From Haliotis cracherodii (lineage: Eukaryota), in NCBI RefSeq assembly GCF_022045235.1, contig NW_027266271.1:7316001-7380000 (forward strand): a stretch of DNA of 64,000 bases, written 5' to 3'. This document shows, one piece after another, positions 12,276-25,829 of the stretch. The notes under the pieces were generated by a model. It was not told the origin of the DNA, ran no database searches, and saw only the letters and a list, made by a program, of their open reading frames with translations. Each line of letters begins with the position of its first letter. Within the stretch, counting starts at the first letter, position 1. Position numbers and translations under genes: made by a program.

Positions 12276-15200
12276 TACTGCAATCAGATCCTTGTTATTC
12301 TAAGCAGGGAGTCTAAATAGTCTTTGAATATTCTCCCTGATTGTAGATAAAAGACGAATTAGTGCCCACTCCGTTTGTAAAGTCTTCCTGTTCCAAGTGA
12401 ATTAACGTCTTCGTTCGGACTCCTTGTGGTCACTTAGTAATAACTCCGAACAAAATATTGCACTCATGACTTTTGAATGAACCTGCTTTGGGGGAAAACA
12501 GTAAACCGACAAACATGTTTGCATGACATAGTGCTATTTTTAGAACGTCATAACTCAAATCCTTCTTGTAATGCGTTACACGGCTTAGTTACGCTGAAGT
12601 CAGTCCTTTCCAAGCAGTGCACACGTTTTGGTCAAAGTGCTATCTATTTAAACGCAGTTCAGTTAGCAGTGAATATCAGTTTGAATTGGTATACGTTTTC
12701 ATGTGTGACCTTTCTTAAATCTGTCCCTGTATTCTTTACCTCAATGTGCATATAAAATAGATATGTAACAACTTTAAGGATTAAGGAATATAAGTTACTC
12801 ATTGAGAGGGTTGTCATTGAAACGCCATAGTTCCATTTCGTCAGGATTGATAGTTACTTCAGATTTCCATGCATTTACGTGGATAGTCAGCATTTTTCTC
12901 TGGTGACAAAATTGTAATGAAAACCAACGCATAGAAGGGTAACTTATAGCCAGTTACAACATCATACATGGAGGCCATATTGTTAGTTAGTGTATTCAGA
13001 TACATCAACTACTCACGAAACAAGCTATTATCCGAAGCAACGTACAGCGGAAACAACATAATGTGGAGCAGGGTTCACAACTTGGGGTGTCGAGAACATG
13101 ATCGATGGAAACGGCATCTAACACATTCAGTGCTGAAACATTCCAAGCTTTGGGATTGATTTGGGGCACAGTTCTGGCGCGGGATTACACATCGACAAAC
13201 ATGTACAACTCTTTGAACATGTAATTAAACCTTTAAACAAAGTATTTCTCTCTTTCCTCCCCTCGTATTGATCAAGACAAAATCTTTTGATAGCATCTGG
13301 CAAATAATTCTCTACCTAGGAAATGTGAAAACTCAGTATGAATATGTCATTCAGAGCCATTTGATGAACTCAAGCAAATTGAAGTGTTTCAGCATATGTA
13401 AAAAATATGTCCATTGGATGTGGTTAGGATGTTGATGTTGATGTTGATGAGGTTGTATTTCTCCGAGGGTATTAAGGAGGTCTTTCTAAAACATCGGAGA
13501 TCCCACAAAACGAACAGCATTTATTTACCCTATCTTTAACATATCTCTACCCTCACATCTTACCTCCATGTGTCTGAGGTTGAGGGAAGTCATACCTCTC
13601 AAATGAAAACTCAAAGTTTTCGGCTAAGCTGGCGCCAAAAGAAGTACAGGTTATTATTATCAAATGGATCGGAATGTCAGATTTGGTGACTTAGTTATCA
13701 GTGTGTCATCGTACCCCGATAGCATGGTACCTTGCCCGTGATACCAACCATTGATTTGTCCATGCTCAGTTATTGACAGGTCTGTATCTTCGATAAAAAA
13801 ACCCGACTACCATCTTGCCCGTCCGAGTCATCCCCACCTGTTGCATCAGTGCCACGCGGTGTACGTCATCAGACATCTGTATCATAACGCCTCCACTTCA
13901 GGTCTTGTCTTTATGAAGTGGTGGTTGATATTGTACAACCTTTGCAGCGAAGTCTTATTACTTATCCAGTGATAACAATGTCGTTACTATATTCCCAGTT
14001 CGGCATTAAACAGACGTGACCCTGGCACGTGCTTTACCGAGACAAAAAAACTTTAGAAGAATTTTTTATCTTAAAAGATATTAGATTATAGCAGAAGTGT
14101 CAAAGGACGCAGCTAAAGATAAAAAATATTTTGTGACAATAATATTTCATGGGATTTGTGTATTTCGACGCTACGAAGATTGCTCGATGTCTTTAGTTGA
14201 AGCCACCTATCTTTGAACATGGCACGGCGCGTTTCAATGAACAAGTAATATATACCAATACGTTCTGATCGTTGTGGGGAACAATGCTGAGGATTAATTC
14301 ACGTATCTGCTGGATTCAAAAGAACGGCGTAGTTCCTTCAGCAATACGTGTGCCTTAACATTTGCAGATCCAAACAAAAAGCTTTAAAAAATCACAGATC
14401 TTCGCATTTCCGGAAAAAGGGTGAAGTTAAGTTTTAAGTTAGAAAGCAGAATATAGATTTACCAGGGTAAAAAGGAAAACATTTCGTTAACCTACTATGG
14501 CCTGAAAAAAACATGTAGAAGATAACGAGAACATTAACGATTTCTACAAGTGTCAATGTGTTTGGAGCGGACCATAGCAACAACACATTGACATGGTAGA
14601 GATAAGTCGGCGACGCGCTGCGTTATTGACAGAGAAGACAAAAGGGTATCTAACAAAACAAGAGGCATGCACGAGACAACCTTGCATACGTCATGGGTGT
14701 TTAGTGCACATATAGTCCAAGCAACGATGGAGGCGTGTTACGGGGATGCTGATAACGCGGCAGGTTGGGCTCTGAAACCTACGTTCTGGCGCACGTTGAC
14801 GTTAAATCATACTTTGCTAAGATGGCAGTTTTTCTCAATATGTTTTTGTCTGCGAAATGTTGACACTTAACGAACGCTTGCAGCATGACATTGACGTGTG
14901 TAAATCCACTCACTTAAGTAATTATACACCTGTGAGGAGATATGCGGACTAAGGTAACGTTACTGCTGGAGCTAATGGACACCTCGTATATTTACACAAA
15001 TTTTCTCCATATATAAATTGGTCATGCGGACGCAAATTGATAAGATGGACAAGAATCCATGTTACAGATACCTCTTTGTTACGATTGCGGTGACGTTTCG
15101 ATGTAGATTCTAACATTGTTATAACGTACTTGCTTGATAAAGGAGGAGATAAAATCTATACACAACGGGTCCTTGCTCACTATCATATTGGATTTTAATG

Positions 15201-15523
15201 TTTAAAACTGTGGTCATCATTTTAGAAAAGCATCCGTCTAGACGTGACGTAAATCGCAAGGAAGTTCACTTCATGTTTTTTCAAAGTTTTCTATTGTAAG
15301 ATAACAGCCCTTCCATATTGGCTTCTATTAATAAACGTACTCCCTTTTCAATATAACTATGCGAACGCAAAGCAGTTTTACCTTTATTTGCTTGAGTACA
15401 CTCAATCATAGGAGTAAATTTAAGAGTAAACTTAGTGTTTAGTGCATGCGTTTGGGGTATACGTTGCTTTTAGTGAGGAATTTTATGTGAGTAATAAGCC
15501 TTATGATGCAAGTAAGCAAACAT

Positions 15524-15645
15524 ACTCCCTACCTCCATACATACACACTGCTCCAATACTCCCCACCTCCATACATACACACTGCTCTATTCTCCACACT
15601 GCTCTAATACTCCCTACCTCCATACATACACACTGCTCTATTCTC
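15524..15645. repeat. Short C-rich tandem repeat (~3 copies) just upstream of coding exon 2
   Basis: ACTCCC(T/C)ACCTCCATACATACACACTGCTC occurs three times. Confidence 0.8.
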
Positions 15646-15769
15646 CTCTTATAGTCCTTACATTCTTACACATGAGTATCGTGTGGATAAAGGTTAATCC
15701 CTAGCTATGTAATATAAGTGACGTATGTTTCTCTCCTCCATATCGGTATATCGTTGTATTCTTGCCCAG

Positions 15770-15905
15770 GTTGTCAACAAGATCATGTACACCGGCAGCT
15801 CCGACCACACCGGACGGTCCTGGGTCACTGAGTTCGGCGACTGCACCCGTGTCTACAGGGGCCACAAGCATACAGTCAGTGTCATCAAGGTGTTCGACGG
15901 CATGG
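15770..15905 (+). CDS. WDR86: WDR86-like coding exon 2 (136 nt, phase 0 to 1)
   Basis: TTCTTGCCCAG acceptor; VVNKIMYTGSSDHTGRSWVTEFGDCTRVYRGHKHTVSVIKVFDGM; G|GTATGT donor. Confidence 0.9.
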
Positions 15906-15979
15906 GTATGTAACCAACTAATTATTATCATCATAAAAGGGGTTTGAAGCTATTTATGGTCGTAACAATAAATTATATT

Positions 15980-16146
15980 NNNNNNNNNNNNNNNNNNNNN
16001 NNNNNNNNNNNNNNNNNNNNNNNNNNNNNNNNNNNNNNNNNNNNNNNNNNNNNNNNNNNNNNNNNNNNNNNNNNNNNNNNNNNNNNNNNNNNNNNNNNNN
16101 NNNNNNNNNNNNNNNNNNNNNNNNNNNNNNNNNNNNNNNNNNNNNN
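15980..16146. other. Assembly gap (167 N) inside intron 2
   Basis: Run of n. Confidence 1.
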
Positions 16147-16310
16147 TACCTAAAGGCGTTAAAATGGTACCTGTTGTTACCTTGCTTGACGTTTGGGATT
16201 ACGGGGATAAAACAAGAACTGGCCATTGTCGGCTCGGAGTCAGTATGATGTGTCTGTGTGGGGTATTCATGTTAAACTGTGGCATGTCTCCTAGATGGGC
16301 TAGCAGTATA
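16147..16310 (+). mobile_element. SINE family A body abutting the gap
   Basis: GGCGTTAAAATGGTACCTGTTGTTACCTTGCTTGACG..GTCGGCTCGGAGTCAGTAT matches 11760-11830 and reverse of 38740-38860. Confidence 0.7.
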
Positions 16311-16508
16311 TTTGGTATCAAGCCTTGAAATTTATTTTACCAAAGGATGTTTTACTGTGCGCATTGACACAAATGATTCACTTTTAAGTTAAATAAAAGA
16401 AGTTTTCAATATGACATATACATTTAAATTTTTAGACTCACTCCATCGATTAGGAATATTATTCATGGGAAGATTGTTCTTTAAATAATCTGAAAAATTG
16501 TTTTCCAG

Positions 16509-16612
16509 TTTACACAGCTTGTGGCGACTCTGTGTGTCGATGCTATGACGCCAAGAGTGGTGCCTTAAAACGGGAATTTCTCGCTCACGAGAGTACCGTC
16601 ACAGCTTTGCAG
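16509..16612 (+). CDS. WDR86: WDR86-like coding exon 3a (104 nt, phase 1 to 0); absent from the ORF track
   Basis: TTTTCCAG acceptor; (V)YTACGDSVCRCYDAKSGALKREFLAHESTVTALQ; CAG|GTCATT donor; joins exons 2 and 4 in frame. Confidence 0.85.
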
Positions 16613-17602
16613 GTCATTGCTATAGCCATGATATAACTGTGTGGCTTGTAGAATCTCTTCATCTATAGACCTTTTCTGTCTACTTACATATATACCTCGT
16701 TGTGTGGTGTGCTATTATTGTGACTGTCAGAACAGGCCCTTATAATTATATATTGTGAGTTTGTATACTCACATTTTGTATAACTAAATAGTGTGTGAAT
16801 ATACCATTAGACTAACATTTAGTCCCAGACATAAAGTTACCTTATTTAAACATATTCATATGAAAACAAAAAAGTAAATTCCAAATGGAGACCAGAACAA
16901 TTCTTAATTTCAGCCGAGAACTGAGGCAATATAGACTTGCCAAATCATTCTGGAATTGAGTTTGATTCTTTTCTTAAATGCATTCTCTAGGGTCTGGAGA
17001 CTAACATACCATACGCACAGTGAGCTACCAAATTGTGTAGCCCTTACCTGTAAGTACCACAGTAAATGCCATAGAGATCAGAAAACGTAAAAGCCCCCAT
17101 GAAAGGTATGTTTGATAAAGTGATGAAAGATGGATATTTGATTGGGTTGCAATATACAACTTCTGGTCGGTAGTAATCCTAAATGGTTTTGTTTTGACAG
17201 TCACGTAGTCTATTTCACTGTTTGGGTGGTTCTGCTGTGTTTTTAGCATGTGACTTTTCTCGTTACGTCATGTGTTACCTGTTAGTAATGACAAGAATGA
17301 CATGTTCGATCTTATGATTTGGAATAACAGTTCTAAATGCAATGTTTTAGTATTGAATATTACATCCAAACAAACGGGCTCACTGCAACATTGTTCACAA
17401 GATGTGCAACTGAACATGCGGTTGTCTATTGCATCAGTGCTTAGATGTACTTTCACGAAATAGTTCAAGATGTATAATAGAGATATACACACCTGTGTAT
17501 TGCATCTGACGTGTGTTCCATGTATATATGTGTTCCATCAATGTTGTGCTTCGTTGTCTTTCATCATCTCTACCTGTAGCATTTTCTTCTGTTCCCTCAA
17601 AG

Positions 17603-17706
17603 TGTTTACCGGCGCCGGAGATTGTCTAGTTGGGTGTTTTGATCTGAAATCTGCCACACTGAAGCGGTTTTATAATGGCCATGAATTCGCTGTCACTGGT
17701 ATTGAG
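17603..17706 (+). CDS. WDR86: WDR86-like alternative coding exon 3b (104 nt, phase 1 to 0)
   Basis: Pyrimidine tract ending CCCTCAAAG acceptor; (V)FTGAGDCLVGCFDLKSATLKRFYNGHEFAVTGIE; GAG|GTTAGC donor; ungapped homolog of 3a. Confidence 0.8.
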
Positions 17707-18871
17707 GTTAGCCCTGGATGCAGCATGTTTTTACATGATACCCAATGATTATCCCCCTTTAGAGCACGTGATCACATTAAGGCAATCCTTACCTTCTCTT
17801 CCGACGTAACGTAAACGCATGTTTTATTCAAAGCAATACACGAGTAAATATGAAGTTCACATAATTCCCTTTCCAAAACCTTTATATGAACACCTGTTTA
17901 TTGTTTCAAAATGCAATTACCTCACATTTCGATACTAAATACTTAATGCCAGCATGCGACCACTGTATTTGACAATTTTTCTATTTTCTTTGAAATCCCG
18001 ACCTCCATATGGAATTAACGTCAAACTGTTCACTGAAAGTATCATCATGGTTATTATTATCCATTTACAAACTGTAAACTGATTCTTTCTGCAAAGTAAC
18101 GAACGTTGACAGTATAATTGGTTTATGTGTTACGGCCGGGAAATTTGGATATAATATGTAATGTAATATCAAGGATAAACTGATATTCTGTAATGTGATG
18201 AAAAAGAAATTGTTCTGTATGTTTCGTACGTAGCAAATCTCAGTAAGGTGCTTGCCTATTATGGACATTTTTCAAGTTGTTTTATTGATCACGTTGACAC
18301 TTTGAGCACAGAACCTACAGATGTAGCATCTTCATGCGAGTATTCTCATCTATATCCATTCGACTATCGTATGTTTTTCATATCTCATCTGCATGTTCAT
18401 TGGGAAGAATGTGCATCTGAAATATTGCATTCCACGTGATAAATTCATTTGTAATTTTTAGAAAAGCGATCTGTATTAATTAATTTTTCTGAATATAGAA
18501 AACATAATGTAACAACTTCCTGTACAAAACGGTGTAACATGTTATGCTTAATATCAGTGCTATGTACTATTAGTGAGTGAGTGAGTGAATATTTGTAGTC
18601 ACATCGGCAATATCTCAGCCATATCGTGACTAAATCAAGTTAGACACTATATACTATTAATCCATTCATATGTAGTATGACTGAGATATTTAGTTCATGC
18701 GACGTTACAGTTAAACTCCAACACTCATCGTCTAAAGTTCATTATACAATGGAATGGTATTTCTTTGTAAATTATAAAATAACAGATCATTTAAACATTT
18801 TAACTGTAACAAGTTAGCAGAGTTGTTTTTCAATCAACATTTACCTGACCTGGGCTGATGATTATTTTAAG

Positions 18872-19084
18872 GTTGTTGACGGGCGCCTGTTCACGGCATC
18901 GTATGACGGCAGTCTGAAGGTCTGGGACGCTACTGGGATCAAGGATGACACGACCTTCGGCAAAGACGATGACAAGGACAAAGACAAGATGCGAGAGGTG
19001 GAGAAATATGGGGGTTTCGAGCAGCCACAAGTGGACAACAACCAAAACGGGATTCATCAGGACCAGAAGATTATGATTGAATAA
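18872..19084 (+). CDS. WDR86: WDR86-like terminal coding exon (70 aa + stop); absent from the ORF track
   Basis: TTATTTTAAG acceptor; VVDGRLFTASYDGSLKVWDATGIKDDTTFGKDDDKDKDKMREVEKYGGFEQPQVDNNQNGIHQDQKIMIE*. Confidence 0.9.
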   Translation, partial: VVDGRLFTASYDGSLKVWDATGIKDDTTFGKDDDKDKDKMREVEKYGGFEQPQVDNNQNGIHQDQKIMIE

Positions 19085-20499
19085 GCAAGTCATATTTGGG
19101 CGTGGTTTGGGATATTTGGCTAGGTCCATGTATACCAATTTGATAGGTTTGTTAATGATGAAGGCGCTTTATTTGTAAACTTACAGTCTGCAACAGTTCA
19201 ACGAATAATTCCTTTGTGTTGCAGGATTTGATGTTAACGTATATATCAAGCAAACGTAATGCACTACACCATACAAACTGCGAAAGTAAGAACACTTGGC
19301 GCATTAAGTACACAAACAAGAATATCAATCAAACCAAATAATGGCAAGTTGTTGTACAGATGCTTTGTACAAACGCAAGCATGGCTTTGCTGTATAAACA
19401 TTATCTTTTGTTGCTGCCTAAAAGATTCACAGTATTCAGGCTTCTGAAATATTTCCAAAAGCAAATAGGCTTATGTTGACGGACGTATTTGAAGGACTGC
19501 AGGAAAACACCATATGGCATCTAGCCAAGGAGTCGTCCCTTTATACATTAATGTCATATGAAATGGGATAACTACTGATGACATGGCACTGGGTAGCTTA
19601 CCGAGGGATGTTTCACGAATGATGTCTTTCACAAAATTCTATATTTTCACACGTTTGAACACGCACTTTGTTAGATACAGAACAGACGTTGTAAATATGT
19701 GTTGTCGTCATGTATAATGTTATTGATTGTAAATAACTCATATCCGATGTGGGACAGGTTTATATTTGTCCAAAGAGAGTGTTAAGTATAATATAAATCG
19801 AAACGATTGACTTCATTTTGGTTTAAAGGATTAACTGATTTTGAAGAAAGGTATATTCGAAGTCACTAGGAAAGGCAGAAACAAGTTTGATTCATTTGAA
19901 TTCGTATTTAAGATTTGAGAAATGCTTTCCGTGACCTACATTCATTATCCCTCAATTTCAAGTATAAGAATAGTAGTGATGCTTTGTATGATGGGTAGAC
20001 TATAGCGGGTTTTTTTTCATTTGAATGTCCTAGCTGATCTACGTACAATCGTTTACTGCTGATTTTCAACATTTACTAGTTGTCTTTTTTCGTTTGTTAT
20101 TTTTAGAGAGTTTTAAAATCTCTTTTTGTCTCAACTGCTGCACGCCATCCTGGACGTAACTGCTGATATATGGCGGACGTAGACAACTCATTGTTTGAAC
20201 ACTTGTCGACTTATTTTATCCTTTCAATGCTCACTAATTTTAAAGTTTTCAATTCGAAATATTTTTTAATTGAAAATAAAGTAAAGGGTATGAGCATCCT
20301 TTTTTAAGGTAACGTCAGCTTTAATGGAATATGACAACACTGCTTATATTTACAATAGTTATTTGCAAAATGTACCTCTGCACAGACTTCACATTGTATC
20401 AGACAATTATTTTATTAGATGAACAATTCCAAACAAATGTTAATTGTGTTTAACATATTTAACATTTAATTAGTTAAAATCTGCGGTTGGTTGAAAATA

Positions 20500-21350
20500 A
20501 CACAAGTATAACCCATATGCATAATTTGTACATGTGTTCCATACTTGCACATTGTTAATGCAATCTGTGATGTTGTATAAATGATTGTGTAGTAGAATCA
20601 AAGTTAATTGTTAATCCGTCCATCAAATTGTGATATACATGTTTTTATCTCTTGAAATGTTATGTAGCAAGTGATACGTTTGTGTTTTAAGCAAATCCAA
20701 AAAGAAAATGTCTGCATTTTGATTAAGTGATACAAATAATTAGAAACTGTTTTCAAAACCGCTGATGCAGCTTCAGCCAAAATACAGATATGATAAGTCA
20801 AATATTTATAATAAATATTATTTCATTCGGTATAAATCGGATAACAGAAAAATACCGCACATGAATGTTTAAACCATGTACAGGGTAGTATTAATATTTC
20901 AGTAATTGTTTTTGAAGTAGAATAGTTGATGGGCAATTTATGGACCAAAATAGTGTTGGTTGAGGTTAATTAAATACCGTTGTAAGCCATTTTGAAATAT
21001 AAGGACATGCTTTTCAACCTGTGTACACATATGCTTTTATCAAACCACGAGGGTTTCTAACATGATAATGACAATCTCAATCTCAATCTTTTCAATATTA
21101 CGTAAAATACCAATCTGCTGGTAAAAGTAGAAATACAAAAATTCCTTCAAAAACAGTTGTTGTATGCCTTGAACCCTGAGAGAAAGAAAGTCGTTAGACT
21201 TCTGCTTCTGTGGTACTGTGGTAGGTATTTGCTAAGCATAATAGGCAAAACCGAAGCAGTCTTAGATATCTGTAGAAATACTGACACATCAATTTTAAGA
21301 AATACTTTCATTGAACAAAAACAGCCAGCTTGAAAACCAAATTTATATAA
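20500..21350 (-). mobile_element. Highly decayed LINE RT fragment
   Basis: Weak RT-like peptide remnants on the minus strand (e.g. LAEAASAVLKTV); many stops. Confidence 0.35.
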
Positions 21351-22147
21351 TAACATTATGTTCCTAAATATGAGCATAATTCATGACGAGTTTTCTCGTT
21401 TACTTGCCACTATTGTCTCATGTAACTGTTTGATGATGTTGGCATGATCGATAATGGTATATCAGAAGACTCGCTTTTATTGCTACTTTTGAATGCATGG
21501 CAATTACTAGTATTAGTTTCGTTCAAAGGAAAGAAGTCAGTTATTCTAAATCTTGCTTTTTGTCTTGTTTATGCTTTGAAAGGCATCAGTATGGCAAAAA
21601 TATATTTGATCTGCGGGGCGCAAGAAATACCTAAACAAGATATATGTATGTCTACACATGAAGACGGCTTGCAGTGTCATCAAAAGTGGAGAAAAACCGA
21701 ACACTGTGTTCGGAGACTACACATTCTTTGCTATTTTGTGTTGGCAGAGTTTCTATTCCTGGAATATAAGAAAGGGGAACATTGATTACAGAAAACACAG
21801 AATATTAATTATGTCTGGTGCATGCTGATCTTATTTTGCCAAGCAGTTGTTCCTAAGGGACATTCAGCTGTGTGCCTTTCTGAGATTCTGTTAAGCTCAT
21901 ATGCAAGACAGTTTACCAAGCAAATTTGATAATTTCGAGCATTGTTTGAGATAGGCTGTATCCGCGTAGGCTCTGACTATCTATGCACCCACTAATTATA
22001 AAATAGTGTCAGAGAGACAGGCTTCAAGGTAGCACATTCATGCCCTGCTATTAACATATCTGTAAAAAAATATATATTCAATAAAGAAACTATCCATCTT
22101 CATTTGGATTTTGTGCATGAATCTTTTTTTAATTTGGGTTTAATGGA

Positions 22148-22213
22148 ACATACACATACACAGACACATACACAGACACAGACACAGACACAGACACAGA
22201 CACAGACACAGAC
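22148..22213. repeat. (CAGACA)n microsatellite
   Basis: Seen directly. Confidence 0.9.
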
Positions 22214-22559
22214 GCGTACACTACACGAACGCACACACGTATGTACAGAACATTCATATATTATAGTTATTGTTATACCTAGTTAAGCTCTCCATATTGT
22301 CCCCTGGAGGTCATTGTAGCATTTTGAGATAAACCTTTCGTTGAATTATTGATGAAAACGTATCAAGTGATCTATTGAGGGAAGCTGAACACTTATTGTT
22401 CCGGACTTTGCAATGACTATTTATTCACAAACATTGTTCGCGCGAAGTATTCTTTTCTTGACTTCTTACCCTCTACTGCTACAGTTTTGGTAAATTAAAG
22501 ACTGCATGTGTGCACCAGAGGTAAGATTACAACAAATAGTTTATAAGGTGTGTACGAAG

Positions 22560-23150
22560 ACATGTACTATTTCATAGTACATATATGGGCGGATGAAACA
22601 CACATATGTCATTATAATGAACCACTGGGGTTAAAACATATGTAGTTCACGAATGATATTGTATACTACAAGATGGCTTAAAACAGAAGTATGTTATTAG
22701 AAAGTGTTTACGATGGGTAGTTACACCCTTGTATCATTATCTAGAACACAAGATGGATTAGAACATGCGTTATGTCATTGTATTATACACAAGGTGGATA
22801 TGTAAACAATGTCCTATTGTATACTACACAATGAGGTAGGTTATAACAAATGTGTAATTGCTCAAGTACCCAGCAAGGGTGGTAGGAACAGACATTTTCA
22901 TGGCATGATACACAACGAGGTGGGTTATAACAAATATGTCATTATATTATACATAATGCGATAGATATCTACTCACATGCTCCATTGTTTTATACACTAA
23001 GAGGATAGTTATAACAAATATGTCATTGCAAAGTACACAGAAAGGATGGTAGGTACAGCCATGTTCGTCATTAGTACACAACAAGGTAGGTCGGTCCAGA
23101 CAACGTTCTGATTTAGTATGCAACTCGGTGCATTAGACCGCATATGATAT
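22560..23150. repeat. Old degenerate ~40-bp tandem array
   Basis: Recurrent ATGTCATT(G/A)TAT..TACACAA.(G)AGGT(A/G)GGTTATAACA motifs. Confidence 0.6.
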
Positions 23151-23429
23151 TACACAGTACGCAAAAAGTTGGTTAAGAACATTATAACATCGTATAATAC
23201 ACAAGGTGGGTAGATACACGCATAGGCAAATTATTTATATGCATAAAGCACAGAATAATTTGTGAAAGAAAATGCATATTGACTGTTGGAGTACACTGGA
23301 TACAACGTGAAAGCATTCCATTCCGGTTAACTTGTGCACCTACCCAGACGAAACGTATACACGATACAAAGAAATCATTAGAAAACATTAGTTTAAAAAA
23401 TTGACACCGAAGTCTCTCATTTAACATTT

Positions 23430-23700
23430 GTCATGCTTTACGAGTAAATGAGCGCCATCTGCGTATACTGGTCGTTAGATTCACTCCCATACCATCACAA
23501 TTCCCCAAAGCAGACAAAGAAAATGTCAAGGTTTTGCCGAGCAGGGAGGTTGGCATAACACACATTGTTCAAGGTACGTCCTTGTTTGCAAGAGCGTTTG
23601 GCTGTTGCTATCTTAGAACGTTGCAACCTTTCAGGGACACCCTAGACGGATCAGGAAGTGGCAGACCACTATGACAACCAACAAAGAACCTGCAGACATT
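23430..23700 (+). mobile_element. Tc1-like transposase 5' remnant
   Basis: Decayed 'SGRP..TT' motif (GGAAGTGGCAGACCACTATGACAACC) of the Tc1 GRPR linker. Confidence 0.3.
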
Positions 23701-23799
23701 TCATTGGCTGACGGTGATGTCATCTACATCAGCCGAGTCTACATCTTTCTTCCAGGCCTTTGTCGTGACATGGCAGCCATTGACGCGGCAACATTGGTA

Positions 23800-24156
23800 G
23801 AACAGGTTGTTTACGGACGAGACTTATTCCAACACTTTCCAGGTTGTTTACGGAGGAGACTAAATCCAACAGGTGCCAGGTTGTTTACAGACAAGAATAT
23901 AACAAACAGGTTCCAGGTTGTTTACAGACGAGATTTAATCCCACAGGTTCCAGGTATTTGACGGGCGAGACCAAATCCAACAGGTTCCTTGTTATTTAGG
24001 GACGAGACTGCATCCAATAGTTTCGAGATTGTTTACGGACGAGACTGAATCCAACAGGTTCCAGGTTGTTTACGGAGGAGACTAGATCCATCAGGTGCCA
24101 TGTTGTTTACGGGCAAGACCAAATACAACAGGTTCCAGGTTGTTTACGGAAGAGAT
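23800..24156. repeat. 37-bp minisatellite, ~9-10 copies
   Basis: Unit CCAACAGGTTCCAGGTTGTTTACGGACGAGACTAAAT. Confidence 0.85.
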
Positions 24157-24549
24157 CCGTGTGTGTATAGTAGGTGAAGTAGGAGGTGGTCACGAAAAAG
24201 ACATTGTCACGATGAGGAGTTGGATGTTGGGTGACATCAGTGGTCATTCATGTCAACAACCCAAAAGAACAAGGATGAAGTATCCAGCAGGACAGCGCCA
24301 CATCCAAAATAACCAGGATCACACTAGACTTTCTCAGTACCAGGAACACCCCCTTCAATACAAACAATACAAACAGATTAGAGCAACTCGAACTTGCTTT
24401 ACATAATGAGCGGCAACCAATACCAAGTTAATAACCAGGCGACCCTTATCACTCAGACGATGTCGTACATCATTGCAAGGGGGAGTTTACACTAGTTCAG
24501 TATTGTTGGCTTCAATCCAATGTTAAAATAGTGTTTGAATGTTGAATGA

Positions 24550-25400
24550 GATTAATTCAACTGTTCCCACCAAGGAAATCGTTGATACAATGCATAATAC
24601 GATTATGGATGAATGGCGTCTCACAAACACATCACATAGCCAATGCATGGGAGAACTGAAAACACACTGAGGAATGAATAAAGGTTTTTGCACGCGGGGA
24701 TTCAGGATTTCTGACTCAAGTTCAGGAAAGCTCTAGGTTCATCATATCTCTATTTTTTTAAGTCATTTTGAAGCAGACCCAGATGACTTTGTTGATCGAT
24801 TTTTAACCACGGATGTCTTGGGTTCAACACTATCAGCCAGAGACTTTACATCCAACGTCTCCACCTCTAAAGAAGGCAAAGTCTGCGCCATCACATTGCA
24901 AGGTCTTGGCTTCAGTTTGTTTTGGGATTCCAAAGGTATCATACTGATGGACTGCATCCCGTTAATGGCCAATATTATACTAATTTGCTTTGGCAGCTGC
25001 GTGAGAATATCGAGGCTAAACATCACGGAAAACTCACTATTTGAAAAGTGTGTTGTTCCATCAGGTAATGCACCACTGAGCAAGTTTGTTGTCGCCAGTC
25101 ACTGTGGTTTTGAACATCTTCCGTTTTCACCAGATTTGTCACCGTCACACTAACACCTCTTCCCGAACTCGAAGAATGAACTGTCTGGCAAGCATTATGC
25201 AAATGACCATGAAGTCATTTCCAGGTTGTGGATGACATTTTACACCAGCGGTAGGAAGCCTTATACACCAGGGGATTCAGGAACTCCAACTTCATTGTTA
25301 GAAGTGTGTGGACCTCGTAGGGGTTTACCCTGAAAACTAGTTAGTAACTCCATAAACGCAGTCCATTACAGTTAGTCTCAGAGCTTTTCAGGCAGCTTCT
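24550..25400 (+). mobile_element. Decayed mariner transposon
   Basis: Peptides EIVDTMHNTIMDEWRLT, DDFVDRFLTTD, FWDSKGIILMD and PFSPDLSPSH*HLFPN (mariner YSPDLAPSDY motif). Confidence 0.8.
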
Positions 25401-25829
25401 CATTGGTTAGCTGATGTATTTGCAGAAGCTAAACACTGAGATCACATCATTGACGTTTACTTGGTGCTCATACAAGGATATCAAAATATGACGATTTCAT
25501 TTATGTGTGGGAGTGAAAAAAACATACACCGATTGTTCGCCTTCCTGTCTAGCCTCCACTGTTAGGCAGTTTGAAAGCTGTATTATATATTTACGCCACA
25601 AATGGCAACTAGTGCTAAACCTGATTCTATGATAATGTTTTACTTTTTGTTCTAGCGAGTGTTTTCGATATAGTTTCACTGTTTGAAAGAGTTAACCTAA
25701 CATCTTACGAAGCATGTGGTGTGAAGAGAAATTGGACACATTTTTCTGTGCATTTCTGCATAAAGCAGAGTCGATTGTACAGTTCCGAGCTCATAAGCAT
25801 GAGTTTATGAATCACTATCAAATAGTAAT

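Noticed and set aside
16509-17706. Exons 3a and 3b as consecutive constitutive exons adding an extra repeat
   Set aside because: 3a ends in phase 0 while 3b starts in phase 1, giving a TAG at the ninth codon of 3b
20275-22085. AATAAA hexamers (20275, 20810, 22080) as the gene's polyadenylation signal
   Set aside because: Common by chance in AT-rich DNA; cannot choose among them without 3'-end data
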